From: Octopus vulgaris
Taxonomy: Eukaryota
Reading direction: 5' to 3'
DNA: 64,000 nt
Assembly: GCA_951406725.2 (NCBI GenBank)
Contig: OX597819.1
Coordinates: 83,948,001 to 84,012,000, forward strand
Shown: in pieces, positions 14,461 to 27,849 of the stretch
Numbering within the stretch: the stretch's first letter is position 1
Layout of the letters: every line of letters begins with the position of its first letter
Notes under the pieces: generated by a model
What the model saw: only the letters and a program-made list of their open reading frames with translations
What the model was told of the DNA's origin: nothing
The model's database searches: none
Translations under genes and position numbers: made by a program

Positions 14461-14535
14461 GGATGGATGGATGGATGGATGGATGGATGGATGGATGGAT
14501 GGATGGGTGGGTGGGTGGGTGGATCGATCGATGGA
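14389..14535. repeat. Compound microsatellite (AGAT)n(GGAT)n(GGGT)n
   Basis: Directly visible. Confidence 0.95.
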
Positions 14536-14816
14536 AGGAAGGAACCAACCCAAAACTATGTGGTTGGGAAGCAAAGTTCTTACTACACAGCCATGCAAGC
14601 CGACAAAATTGAAACTGTGGAAACTTAAAGGGAAATTTTAAAGCTTACGTGACGTTTAACATGCAGCACTCGAGAAGACGGTTTGGTGAAAACATTCACA
14701 TATACTTTGTCAATGATTTCTCTGATGTTAGCTGTTACAGTCCAAATTTTCCTGTTATATTCTATGTCATAAGTCCATTTTATAGTTCTGTTTTTAAGTG
14801 ATGAGGAATTATGTAC

Positions 14817-14931
14817 CATTATTTACATTTGACGGATATATGTCCTCATCTGAAGGCTGGAGGGTATATCAGCCGAAACGTTGTTAACAGCAAACAGGAT
14901 GAGGACAAATATCCGTCAAATGTAAATAATG
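14817..14931. repeat. Inverted repeat (34-bp arms) enclosing a hammerhead-like motif; probable Penelope-like terminal remnant
   Basis: 14817-14850 vs 14898-14931 with 1 mismatch; loop contains TGAA-GGCTG-gagggtatat-CAGCC-GAAACGTT. Confidence 0.7.
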
Positions 14932-15279
14932 TCTAAGTCCAGTTTGTTGTCAACTAAAATAATCGATCACACACCAGTAAGTTTCAATTTTTGGAGAGAG
15001 CAGCAGAAATTGTTTTTCCACCACTCGTCTCGTACGAATCAACGAGTCATTTGACTTTCTAGAAATAGTACCCCAACCTTCCCCAAATTACAACCTAATT
15101 TCTTTTTTAAAATAAGTGAAAGATACATTGGAGGCAATGAAGTTCAGAATAAACAAAATGACAGGATGGTCATAGCTAAAACACTTTCGGTCATAGGTCT
15201 ATTTGATCAGGACTGATTAGGAACTTAATATGAATTAGGCACTTGCTGAAAAGTTTCTAGTTATACCTCGACTACTTCT

Positions 15280-15282
<3 letters not shown>

Positions 15283-15363
<81 letters not shown>

Positions 15364-15368
15364 CTCTC
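15283..15368. repeat. (TC)n then (TATC)n microsatellite
   Basis: Directly visible. Confidence 0.95.
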
Positions 15369-15570
15369 CATAATATATATATGTAATGTGTGTGCGTATG
15401 AACAAGTATGTATGTGTGTATATATGTTCATAAAATTTAATTAGACGATATGTTAACTTCGTGAAGGGATGGTTGCATCCAAGGAAATACTGGTTCAATA
15501 CCTAGTACTGTTGGAGAATGAAATTCCCTTAAAACAACAGAGATATATTAAGCATATAGTTTATATCCAG

Positions 15571-15882
15571 TTAAATGAAGAAAAGAAAATGGAGATGAGG
15601 AAGTTATTTACTATTAACAAATTGATCATCTTCGCTTCTTACAGCCGTTTCAATTAATACTCAATAATTTAATTACAAATTTGTACATTAAATTAGCATT
15701 TATGTGATATGAGCATAATTTCGTCAGAGAAAAAAAGATGTACCTTGGGGGTGTTATTTGAGGACCTATCAATTCATTTCAGCAGAAATTAAATTATTGA
15801 GTATTAATTGAAACGGCCGTAAGAAGCAAAGATGACCAATTTGTTAATAATAAATAACTAACTTCCTTATCTCTATTTTCTT
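15571..15882. repeat. Inverted repeat with ~100-bp arms; probable Penelope-like remnant
   Basis: 15571-15673 is an imperfect reverse complement of 15787-15882. Confidence 0.7.
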
Positions 15883-16147
15883 TGTATACATACATACATA
15901 TACATATGTATATATCGCTTAGGCATAGCAAGACTAATAACCTGGTGTAAAACTCAATATACGTATATTTCAGAACTCAATGTTAGATGAGTATAAAGAG
16001 GTAATAAGAACAAAGAGATGATACCGGAAAAAAGAATACATAACCTTTGTTTTTTCCAGTGTCGACTCTTTCTTCTGTTATGTATGTATATAAATGTGTG
16101 TATGTTGTGTGTGTGTGATAGAATAAAGGTATCAACAAGCAAACAAC

Positions 16148-16990
16148 CGGTAGCAAGTTAAATTATGACATATTTAAACATGACGGCAGAATTGAATGTT
16201 ACAGGAGTTTAGATCACAAGAGGTCGTTAAAAAGTTAGTTGAGGAATATTCATAATGGTTATGGTATATGCTAGTATTCTCCCAGAGCAGTTATGCTGAA
16301 GGTCCACATTACTAGCTTTCTGTTGTAGCAGGGCTTCGATTTGAAATTGCATTAGTACAATAACGAGAAATAGGTCACAGTATATCAGGTGATTTGCCCC
16401 GATTCTGACCAATAGTATTTCAGCGGTTATCATACGATCGATGGAATTTTCCATGAGTTTCCTGCCAAAATATGGTTGGACAACAGAAGTCTTTCAGAAG
16501 ACAGGTTTCTTGGTCGTTGCACGACGCTGGGTTAATAGAAATCATTTGTCTCCAATAAATAATGAGTTTTCCCACCTCAAGAAATAGCTATCTGGCTAGC
16601 ATGCAGTCATATCTCTAGCAATAAATGCTTCTCTAGACACATACGGCATAAGTGTCTCAGTATGTCATTGTGGCAATCTACTCCGACGATAGAATAGATT
16701 GCCATAATAATTTTGGCTGACAACTATTCTTGAAACAGCTGTAAGAGACACCACCTGTGCACCTTCTCCTTTCTTCTCACCCAGCTTTGGATTCAACGTT
16801 CGATAACCAGTTTTACTTAATACCAAATAATTCGGACTTAACCTTATAATTGTTCCGGAAGAATATTAGCATATACCATGACAATTATGAATATTCTTCA
16901 ACTGATCTTGTGATTTAATCTTCTGTAACATCAACTCTACCATTATGCCATGTCGATGATTAAATGTGTCATAATTTGACTGGATACTAG
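16148..16990. mobile_element. Decayed long-TIR (foldback/MITE-like) element
   Basis: ~16155-16310 is an imperfect reverse complement of ~16835-16985 (AAATTATGACATATTTAA/TTAAATGTGTCATAATTT; GAATATTCATAAT.GT.ATGGTATATGCTA/TAGCATATACCATGACAATTATGAATATTC). Confidence 0.65.
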
Positions 16991-17159
16991 TTATTTGCCT
17001 GCTTATACTTTATTCTATTATACATATACCTACACGATTGAAACACTGCCTATAGCCAATCTTCATTAGTTGCAGTTCAAGGTGGAGTTTAGACAGCAGC
17101 AAATCAACCCGAGCATTAATTGTATACACTTACTATCTTACATCATCAAACGTAATATC

Positions 17160-17321
17160 ACTCAGCACACTCTGTAAAGTGGTTGTCCTTAGGAAGGGCA
17201 TTCCAGCCGTAGAAACTATGCCTAAACAGACAAATGAAGCATGGGCAGCACTCTGACTATCCAACCGATGCCAGCGTGAAAATCAGACGTTAAATGTGAT
17301 GATGATGATGATGATGATGAT
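17160..17321 (+). mobile_element. SINE/RTE-type 3' tail ending in (GAT)n (related pieces at about 130-290, 24005-24115, 31970-32010, 36080-36270, 37128-37310)
   Basis: AGGAAGGGCATTCCAGCCGTAGAAAC...ATGCCAGCGTGAAAATCAGACGTTAAATG followed by (GAT)n; the motif recurs in the window. Confidence 0.65.
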
Positions 17322-17574
17322 TGTGGGGTGGGGGGCATACTTCCGAGATCTATTAGAATTTTGAATTTAACAACAATTTAATTTATTTGAAACAAAATCA
17401 TACTTCAGTTCTTTGAACATATATCTCCTAAATGGATGGAAAATTGACTTAACACCAACTTGGCGTAGAACAGAAACAGTGAAGGTCGACAGTAGCGTAT
17501 TCAGCGCCTAAAGGACGTTCCTTTTTGTCAATTTCAACAGCGAGGGCTACCTCACATATTTTTATTGATTTTTT

Positions 17575-18410
17575 ATTATTACTTGTTTCAGTCATTGGAC
17601 CACAGCCATGCTGGGGCACTGACTTGAGGGGGTTTAGTCGAACACAAATCAATCTCTACTTATTTTTTAAACCTGGTATTTTATCTGTGTGTGTGTGTGA
17701 TTCACTAAGGTGCATGTATGTATATATGTGTGTGTGTGTGTGCCTTTGCGTTTGATTCCACAACCACTTGACAACCGGTCTTGGTGTGGTTACATTTCCG
17801 TAACATAGCGGTTCGGTAAAAAAGAACGATATAATAAGGTACCAGGATTAAAAAGAAAACCAGTACTGGGGTTGATTCATTCTACTAAAAATTCTTCAAG
17901 TCGGTGCCCCAACATGGCCGCAGTCTAATGAGTGAAACAAATAGAAGGATAAAGGGATGTGTGTAGTATTAGATGTTGCCGTGTGGTAAGACGTGTGCTA
18001 CGCGCTGGTGTGGCTGTGTGGTACTACATTTGTTTTCCAATCGCACTGTTCTGAGTTCAGTCCCACTGCATGACACCTTGGGCATGTGTCTTCTACTATA
18101 GCTCTGGGCTGACCACAGCTTTGTAAATGGATTTAATGGCGGAAACTGAAAAAAAAAAACTCGTCGTATATGTACCTATATGTATTTATCTATGTGTGTG
18201 TCTGTCTTTGCGTTTGTGTTTATGCTCCACTACCGCTTGACAACCGGAGTTGGTTTGTTTATATCCCCGTAACTTAGCGGCTCGTCAAAAGATTCTGGTG
18301 GAATAAATACTAAGCTTAAAACTACTTATTGGAGTCGATTTGTGCGACTGAACCATTCAAGGCGGTGCCCCAGCGTCGTTGCAGTCCGGTGACCGAAAAA
18401 TGTAAAAAAA
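17575..18410. mobile_element. Cluster of SINE family A pieces (minus tail 17575-17690; plus tail ~17740-17950; plus full copy ~18005-18410)
   Basis: Similarity to 1781-2176 on both strands. Confidence 0.8.
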
Positions 18411-18465
18411 AAGATGTATTTACATTATTATATTATGTACATAAATGTGTGCATGTGTACGTATA

Positions 18466-18501
<36 letters not shown>

Positions 18502-18563
18502 GTATATATATATCTGTATGTATATATCTATATAGATGGATGGATGGATGGATGGATAGATAA

Positions 18564-18600
<37 letters not shown>

Positions 18601-18602
<2 letters not shown>

Positions 18603-18782
18603 ACTAGCCACTAAACCTTTTTTGTTTTCCCTCCTTGTATATTTCTGTGTTCCTTTCTGTCGAAGAGCGTAGGCTCGAAATGTAAAAGACTCTCTCACTT
18701 CCCGAGCGTTAAACTAATACATCTGTTGTTTACACACCCATCTTCGTCTTGTATTTTTTTTTGTAAATTCTCACTATATATA
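18601..18782 (+). mobile_element. Penelope-like terminal fragment with degenerate minimal hammerhead ribozyme motif
   Basis: CTTT-CTGTCGA-A-GAGC-gtag-GCTC-GAAA-TG-TA-AAAG at 18653-18688; pyrimidine-rich body ending at TATATA. Confidence 0.6.
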
Positions 18783-20299
18783 TTACGCATGTATATTCAT
18801 ACATACATACATACATACATACGTATGTACGTACGTACGTGTATGTAAACATCGCATTATTTCATTTCGCACTTTTAGTATTTTACACACCATTTCATAG
18901 ATGAAAGATTTTCTTCCCACTTTACTGCTCCCCTCGCTTTCTCCTTATATATCTTCCATCTCTTTCCTATCTAACATGAGTCGACATGACAGTGCTTCTT
19001 CTACTCTCTCACCTTGTATATCTTGTTGCCTGCTTGCCGCCTTCCATCACACTAAACAACTACTGAACTGCAGAACAAGTTCGCGACAACGAACAACTTT
19101 ATCCCTATTACTGGTAAATTTTTCACTCACAACATTCACTCCGCACTGTTAATAACGATTGCTTCCATGTAGGTTTATTTTCGTCTTTCTTTTCCATTTT
19201 TTTTTTTACTTGAGCTACATAAATTTTAAAATATAAAGTGAGGAGTGTTTATAGCTTAAGGCAGGCTTGATCAAGTAGGCATGTGACAAAAGGCATTATT
19301 CCTGCCGTAAAATATACCATATTTTTTTTTTTTTGAGAATGTTTATTGACCAGTGACCACTCCTTCCTTATGTGTCGGATGTGATGGCACGGTGTTGATG
19401 CGGAATCTGGCTGCTATTTTTAACAGATCGTGTGACCATGTAGAATAGTCATGGGCAACGTGCGGTCCGTGGGACTTTCTGAATGGTACATCTACACTAA
19501 AAATTATCTTAAATTTTTGTAGTGCGCATCACGAAGAAAAGATTGCCCGTACCTGACGTAGAGGTTCCTTTGATTGACTCTTCTTCTCAGGGGTTAGATA
19601 GAAAAAATGACTTCTGATTTGGGTACCAGGATAGTAACTTTGCAGTGAGGTGGTTAGACGATTATATTGGCACCTAGTACTTGACTTTTACTTAATTATA
19701 TCGACTCTGAAAAGCAAGGTGCAAAGTCAATGTTGACCTCGGCGTTATTTGAATTTAAAACGTAATAAAGCGAGATTTTTAACTGAAAAAATTGATGTTA
19801 TCTTTTACAATTTTATTTCATATTCTTCGAACTTGCCTTTTATTGACAACTATTATTTCACTTGGACGACGGAATCATTTGGTGACGAAGACACTACTTA
19901 AATATACCAGTCGTATTACAACTATAAGCTTTTCGTACACTCAAAGTATACTTTAAAGTTGACAATACGTATGAAAAGTGCACTTGGTTACACTCGATAA
20001 CAGTGACATCTTCGTAACAGACGTACCTCATTGGTTATAAACCCTGTTGAGATAACGTAACTTTTTTCAGATTTAAATTTTGACTATTTGCTAATTACAA
20101 ACTTAGATTTTTAAAATTGAGACTTATATTGAATATCATTAAATTATCAATTAAGTAAATTATAACCAACTTACGATCAAATATAGGATGCTCCACACAC
20201 ACTCACACACGTACACACAAAATGCATACTCACTTTTACAACTGATAAGTCAATTTTCATTACTTTTTAGAATTAATTCATCGGAAATAACTGTTACAA

Positions 20300-20745
20300 A
20301 TTTTAACACAAGGCCAGCTGTTCTAGTGGGTGGAACAAGTCGATTATATCAACCTCAGTACTTGATCGGTGCTTTGTTTTATCAACCTGGATAAATGAAA
20401 AGCAAAGTTGATCTTGGAGATATCTGAACTCGGAATATAGAGTGCCAGAAGAAATGCTGCTAAGTATTTTGACCAACAGAAATGATTCTGCCAACTCGCC
20501 ACCTTTAATTCATTATAAATAATTGTTTCAAATTTTGGCATAAGGCTACCAATGTTAGGGGAGGGCTATGTCAATTATATTAACTCTTCTACTCAACTGG
20601 TGTTTTATTTTATTGGCCCCCACAAGGATAAAAGACAAAATTAACGACCTCAGTCATATTTGATCTCAGAACATAGGGAGCTAGAAAATTACCACTAAGT
20701 ATTTTGTCCAGAGCACCAACGATTCTTCCTTCTCTCTGCCATAAT
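20300..20745 (-). mobile_element. Two tandem Nin-domain-type SINE copies
   Basis: Each is homologous to the body of 41317-41551 (GGATAAATGAAAAGCAAAGTTGA..., TTCTGCCAACTCGCCACCTT) with the alternative tail GCCTT(G/A)TG.. on the element strand. Confidence 0.8.
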
Positions 20746-20759
20746 CCATTGGACATAAT

Positions 20760-21115
20760 GAAGGGAACCAGATGAAGCTTTGAACAAAGGAAATTTATCC
20801 GTAAGTACTACTGAAGATTAGAAAAGACAGTTTAAAGAGTTTCAAACAGATCCACCAACACAACATCACTCAAATTAGGGTTAAGTTTGAAATAGATGGA
20901 ACTGTTCAGAATGTCCTCAAGAAATGTTCTGGAAGACTGTGGACATTGTTGAAGCCCACCAACCAAAAGGAATTTCACAATCAAGCATCCATTAAATTTT
21001 GAAGTGGTGTCATTGGTGAAGTTACATTCCAAGGACAGTTCATAGTTTCAATGAACATGATCTGGACCAAGAATAGACTTTTATGCATGGTACTTAGCAA
21101 GATGTGTTGAAGATA
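20760..21115 (+). pseudogene. Tc1/mariner transposase N-terminal relic
   Basis: Plus-strand translation gives FEQRKFI, RQFKEFQTDPPT and KFEIDGTVQNVLKKCSGR, typical of the N-terminal HTH region of this transposase group. Frameshifted. Confidence 0.55.
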
Positions 21116-21161
21116 TATATTTTCCTACTAGGAGTATTTGGAGTGATGTACTAACTTTTAA

Positions 21162-21367
21162 CCCTTTAGAATTCAGATTACTCTGTCAAATTTAATACTT
21201 ATTTCTTCACATTGTTTTAAATTAATCATTCATTATCTTGTAGTTTTGAGATTTTGAATATGTGATTGTTTATTCTGAGAATGACATTATAGGGTAAGTG
21301 AGAGGCTAGATCTAGTTAGTTTCAATGTAAAACAGGTAGAATATTTGAGCTAGATATGGCTAAAGGG
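21162..21367. mobile_element. piggyBac-type MITE
   Basis: TTAA|CCCTTTAG ... CTAAAGGG|TTAA; body shared with 25023-25242, 37378-37595 and 22500-22683. Confidence 0.85.
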
Positions 21368-21554
21368 TTAAATTAAATGGTTCAATTTACTGTCACAATT
21401 GTGCCTTACTAGGGATCTGAGAAACTGCATATTACAGAGGAACATCATGTTAATTCACCAGGGGTTACAGTTTAATGCAGCTTATCATCAACAAGATTAA
21501 CTGTTATTCAATATTTATGTCCAAGAGTGGCTGTGGAAAGATTATTGCATTTAT

Positions 21555-21765
21555 TGATTTCAAATTTCAGCACAAGGCCAGCAATTTGGGGAGAAGGGGT
21601 AAGTTGATTACATCAACTCCATTACTGGTACTTATTGTATTGACCTCGAAAGGATAAAAAGCAAAGTTGAATTTGGGAGAATTTGAGCTCAAAACATGAA
21701 AATGGACAGCATGGCACTGAGCATTTTTCCCAGCTTGCTAATAATTCTGCCAGTTCACCACCTTA
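21555..21765 (-). mobile_element. Nin-domain-type SINE
   Basis: Homologous to 41317-41551 and 24495-24700. Confidence 0.78.
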
Positions 21766-22438
21766 ATGATGATTACATATATTAGAAGTATTTAATACTA
21801 GAGAAGTAAAGGTGAATTGAGGTGTCATTAATTCAGCTAAACCATACCAGATTTTCAGAAAATAAGCTAATGGGTTCTGTTAATATGTCAGTGGGATTAA
21901 CTTTTCATCACCTAGAAAGTATTACAAAGGAAAGGATAGAATAGCCAAGGAGGTTTCCAAAGGATCAGATATAGTGTAAATAAGATAAAAATAAAATATC
22001 AGATATAGAATATAAACAGAACATTTCATATTAAGTCTGAAATATTTAGTTAAACTCCTGGAAAGTTTATTTAATAGTATTCAAGACCTACTTTGGACTT
22101 CAGTTGTTTCAAGAGTATATAGGTTAATACTAATAATAATAAGAACAACAACAAGAATGGTTTCAAATTTTGGCACAAGACCTGCAATTTTATTTTTTTC
22201 TGGTGGGATATTAAGTTGATTACATCAATGAAATTAATCTGGCAACCATGCTCATAATGTTTCTGAATTCCCTTAACGTTTTGCAGGACGGACTTAAGGG
22301 ACATGGTCAACTGGTTAAGGTCAAACAACTGACAAGCAAATCTGTGGTATTGAGCAGAATATTTGCTGTAGACCATTTTTATACCAAGATAAAATAATGT
22401 ACATGATAACACTTACAATCAGTTAAGATCAGAAGCCA

Positions 22439-22471
<33 letters not shown>

Positions 22472-24274
22472 GATCCCACCAATTTTCGACACTTTTATGA
22501 ATAAAACAGTGTAATGCTTATTTATTCACATTATTTTGAATTAATTATGCACTGTCTTGTAGCTTAGAGATGTTGATGATGCAACTGTTTATTTTTAGAA
22601 TGAGATTGTAGAATAGGTGTGAGAGGCCAGATCAGGTAGAACATTTGGGCCAGATATGATTGGTTTAAATGCTAAAGGGTTAAAGGAAGACTGGAACCTA
22701 CTTAGCATTGCAAACTAGCAAAGCACTCGTTAACTTGATAACACCCAAATTATCAATTTGCAGCACAAAAAAATTACTGATAACAGAATAACTGTAAGGA
22801 GTTGCAACAAATGCCAGATACTATAATTGCTTGAAATCAATAATGCTGTTCAAATGTAAAGAATTTTTCGTGCTCAACCAAGCTGTAGTTCAGCCAGATA
22901 TGGAGTCAGTGATAGTTAAGTGTTTTGCCCATGGACAGTGTAGTTTTAGTAAAGAGATATGAATCGTCAACCCATTAACAAGCAACCTATTATATTATTG
23001 TCTTACCAGGTCTCTTTACCCAACCATTAATAAAAATAAAAATTGAAGTAAATAAACTTGCTTTTGATCTGCAACGGAATCAATACTAGTATTCCTTTTT
23101 ATTTGACTTGTTTTAGATGTTGGCTTGAAATTTTTCACTCCTTTCCTCACCAACACTGAGTAAAGATGTTTGGTTTCAAGATGTGAAACATTCTGTCTTC
23201 CATATTTAAACCTGGGTCTATTTCAGGCAAAAATTAATTAATTTAAATCCTTTCATTTTCACTAAGAAATTTGTTGTTTTTAAACTGAAATGAATGTTGA
23301 TTTTTGCATCTTTCCATATAGATTTTTGAATTTGGTGATGGAAATGTTTATTATGTCACCTCATTAGAGGCAAAATAGCAGCTGAATAACAAAAGAATGA
23401 ACTACTAGTTTGGGGGTTCCTAAGTTCAGATCTACTGCATTCTGTTGTGTTTTTGCACAATGTGCTTAATTCTAGATGCTTTGACTCAGGTGAAGGGAAT
23501 ATGCATTTTGCAAAAGACTGGTGTCATAATTAGGAGCACAAATATCTCTGAAATACTGAAAACCACGAAACTAAATATGAAGGTTTTGAAGAAAACATTT
23601 TCTTCATCAACATTATAAAAATTATACTTTTTCATCATCATATTTTCATCATAAGCGCAATTACTTAATAAATATTAGTATATATACTACCTATACTACT
23701 TCAGCATAATATTTAATTAGTTTCTCAGTAACATTTTAATAAATTCTATTTATAATATAGTGACATACATTTTCTGTTTTTTTGTTTTTAATCTATTCTG
23801 ATATGGTTATGTGGTTGTGCTAGGTTTTGTGAATTTGGATATTTGCATATTGCTGGAGTAATTCTTTTAAAAATACTCTTCCAAATGCTAAAGATAACAT
23901 AGGAGAGGAACCTGACTGTCAGGAATAGTGATTCAAGTGGCTATGAGCCTTATCCAGGAAAATAGCACAATGGTAGCATAGTAATATTTAAATTCATTTA
24001 AAAACATCGTCATTTAGCTTCTGTTTGCAAGGCTAGCATGAGTTGGATGGGTCATCAAATGCTGGTGAGCAAGAGGACTGCACCAAACTCCAGTGTCTGC
24101 TTTGCCATGGTTTCTAACAGTATGTGATCATTAATTCAGCTGCTTACCTTACAATAATTGTATGGTATTAAGAATTACTTTATTATCAAACATATTACTA
24201 AACTCAACTTTGAAATCACAAATAAGAAAATATTTATATTATTAGATATTAAACTGGGATAATGTTCTCTAACA

Positions 24275-24700
24275 TTCCTTTCTAAGGCCTGAAATTTTGG
24301 GGAAAGAGGTTAGTCAATTATATCACCCCCAGTACTCAACTGATACTTATTCTATCAGCCTAAAAAAGATGAAAGGCAAACGAAACCTTGGCAGAATTTG
24401 AATTCAGAATATAAAGCTGGAAGAAATGTTGCTAAGTATTTTATCTGGTATGCTAATGATTCAGCCAATCCTCTATCGTTAATATCTCCGATATTGGTTT
24501 CAAATTTTGGCACAAGGCCAGCAACTTCGGGGAAGTGGGTAAGTCAATTACATTGACCCCAGTGGTCAACTGGTATATCAATCCAGAAAAAAATGAAAGG
24601 CAAAGTTGACCCTAGTGGCATTTCACTCAAAATGTAAAAGTCGGAAGAAATGCTAAGCATTTTTCCAGCATGGTAATGATTCTTCCAACTCATCTCCTTA
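24275..24700 (-). mobile_element. Two tandem Nin-domain-type SINE copies
   Basis: Repeated GATGAAAGGCAAA...GAATTTGAATTCAGAA...GAAGAAATG units. Element-strand tail of the second copy is GCTGGCCTTGTGCCAAAATTTGAAACC. Confidence 0.8.
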
Positions 24701-25022
24701 ATGTTCTCTGATATTGATATGAGTTTGTTGTTATAATTCTTTAATTCTGTAAGTCTGATGCTTAATAATAGGTCAAAATTTTAAATCTAGTGGTCCCAAG
24801 TTTTAGTGCTATCATATTCTTAGACTTAAGAAACATTTTTATTGTGCCACATGTTATCCTGAGGTGTTGATAGTGACCCATCTTTGTCAAGTACCTCAAA
24901 TTAAAAATTTTCTAATAAAATAATCCTGTTATTGGAGTGTCAAGTTTGACATGTTTTTTAGTTTCAAGTAAATACTTATAGATAAGCAGCTTCATGGTAA
25001 GTTAATTTCCAAGCAACTTTAA

Positions 25023-25242
25023 CCCTTTAGTGTTTAGATTACTTTATCAAATGTAATACTTATTTATTCACATTGTTTTGAATTTATTGTGCCTTGTCTC
25101 ATAGCTTCAAGATTTTGATGATGTGATTATTTATCTCTAGAATGACATTGTAGGGTAGGTGTGAGAGGCTGAATCTCATAAGTTTGAACATAAAACAAGG
25201 ATAATATTCTGGCCAGATATGGCCGGTTTAAACACTAAAGGG
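25023..25242. mobile_element. piggyBac-type MITE
   Basis: TTAA TSDs at 25019-25022 and 25243-25246; 14-bp perfect TIR CCCTTTAGTGTTTA / TAAACACTAAAGGG. Confidence 0.9.
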
Positions 25243-25934
25243 TTAAATTTGCATATTATAATATATAGTGTCGCATCATTTGATATTACTGCAAAACACA
25301 ATTTTTTTAGAATGATATTTGCTAAACCTTAAAAATACCCTCTCAAATTTAGTAAGATTTTTATAACATGATATTTCAGGGAATGTGTGTTTTTTATAAT
25401 TTTCAGTCCACAACATGTTACCTGAAAATTGCTATTTTTCACGTAGGTGCAGTCTTTGATTTATTCAATTTTAAAGCAATTTCTTTGAATTTCCCTACAC
25501 TGACAAATGTACAATCTTGTATATTTATATAGTGATTTATTCATCACTATTTCAGTTAATAAAAGTCATACACACTGCTCATCTTCTTCCAACTAAGCCA
25601 TGAAAAATGGACAAAGAGAGTTATAAGCTTTGCTGAAGGGATCAGAATAGGACTGAAATATGTTCAGAGTTTTTTTTCATAATAAAAAGATATAATATTA
25701 CCTACTTGTCTTTGAATAGTAATATTTTACTAGTCAGCCTTCAAATGCTAATTTAAAATAAATAAGCAGTGATGTAAAAGCAAGATTAGTCAATAACTAG
25801 TAATATTTGAATTGTTTTGAAAGTATAAAAGAAAACTCTGAACATGTTTCATTCCTATCTAACACCATCAGTGAAGTCTTTTTTTCTTTTTTTGCTTGTT
25901 TAACATTTGAATGCTCCATACATTAAATATATCA

Positions 25935-26495
25935 ACAAGCATGGATGTGTGGTAAGAAGTTTGCTTCCCAGCCATATGGTTCTAGGTTCAGTCCTACTGT
26001 GTGGCACCTTGGGCAAGTGTCTTCTATTATAGCCTTGAGCTGTCCAATGCTTTGTGAGTGAATTTGGTAGATGGAAACTGAAAGAAGACTGTTGTGTGTG
26101 TGTATTCTAAATAATTGATATGAAAGACAGAGTATGCTATGCATTTACTGTGGATGATGTCAGATGAATGTGCTCTGTGAGTACACTATTAGAGACATAC
26201 CCAAAATATAGTTTGAATGTTAAATTTTAAATTTTAAATCTGAACTTTATTATAATATACATGCATACATACGTACATACGTGTGTGTATGTGTGGTATG
26301 TGTGTGACTGTGTTTGTCACCCCACTATCACTTGATAACCAGTGTTAGTTTTTTTACACCCCTATAACTTAGTGGTTTAGCAAAAGGGAATGACAGAATA
26401 AGTACTAGGCTTTAAAAAACATAAGTACTGGTCAATTTGTTCAACAAAATTTCCTCAATGGCCACAGTCTAATGACTGAAACAAGTATAAAATAA
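25935..26495 (+). mobile_element. SINE family A copy with expanded or interrupted middle
   Basis: Head at 25935-26100 and tail at ~26305-26495 are homologous to family A. Confidence 0.75.
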
Positions 26496-27849
26496 AGGTA
26501 ACATGCATTAAATATAACAACACTAAAATTAAATGTTCTGCAGCCTTACTTTATGTGATCAGTTACTGATTTTCATTGACTAAAAATAGTAAATGAGATG
26601 TTGTGAGCCTCATGCCCTTCCTAAGATTTTCATAAAAATCAGTGAAATAAAATTGCTTCAGATGAGATCAGTATCAGAAAGTGAATTGGTTTTGCTGGAA
26701 AGTTATCTCGTAACATGCACTGACACTTTAAAAATTATTAATGAATAAGAAACGAAAGAACATTCCAATTAGATAATTAAAAAGTAAATGTAATTAAATG
26801 GAATGAAATCACAGTTTACATAGAATTTTGAAATTGCTGCTGTTTAAAATAGGGAAAATATTTTTGATCATTGATTTTGCTTACATGACAAATTTATAAA
26901 ACAAAATATTAGGTTTCAATTTGCTTATTCATTGACAGAGTAATTTTAGAAATTAAGAATTTTAGAATAATTAAATTAGTTGAGTATAAATTTGGAAATG
27001 ATGAATTTTAAAGAAATTAAGCTACTTGCAAAACAAGTTAAGATAGTTTATACATATATCTCTGGAATATTGATATTCCTTTCTTCATCATTTAATTCTT
27101 ATTTTTAGTATCATTAGACTGGAATCAAGGAGGGCATCCAGCTGTAGGAAACACTGCTCCAAGTATTTTGCTTGGTCTATGCATGCATAAAAAGAGGAAG
27201 AGGAGAAGGAGGGTGATGGTGGTGGTGGTGGTGATGATGGCAGTCTGCCTGTCTGACAAGTTCCACTCATACTGTTGTACTTTTGGTTGAGTGTACAAGC
27301 AGTAAGAAAGACATTTCTGAAAGAACAACCTTACATAAATATGTAAATAACCAAATTTGTGGAAAAAAGAAATAGGAAGAGAGACAGTATTAAAAATAGA
27401 AATGAAAATTTCTAGTTTTGTTTGTCCAAGTTGCTCTGCTTCTAAAACCAATTTGTAATTTTTTCTTTTTTTTTTTTTGTGAATTTCTCATCATCTATTT
27501 TCATCTCTTCATTATTTTTGTTTAGTGTTGCGTACTGGCAAAGTCATAGTACCAAATTGAACATATAAGACAATTGTGAGATCACAGCATCAAAACAAAC
27601 TTGTTCTTGTTATACTGTTGTTAATGCTATATATTGCTGATGTTGTTTTCCACTGTTTTGCATAATTAATTAATTTTGTCATAATGAGTTTAAATTCCTG
27701 AAATGCTGCTCTTTAATTCTCAGGTAGATGGGCATCAGTGGTCCTTATCCATCTCCCTAATCTTTCATGTGAATATCTAAGTGCCATACATTCATAAACT
27801 ATGTCAGCTGGTGGGTATAACCATGATAGTGGGGGTGCATACCATCAAG

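Noticed and set aside
18988-19068. Short signal-peptide-like ORF MTVLLLLSHLVYLVACLPPSITLNNY
   Set aside because: Terminates after 26 codons, before the nearby donor-like site; hydrophobicity is explained by pyrimidine-rich composition.
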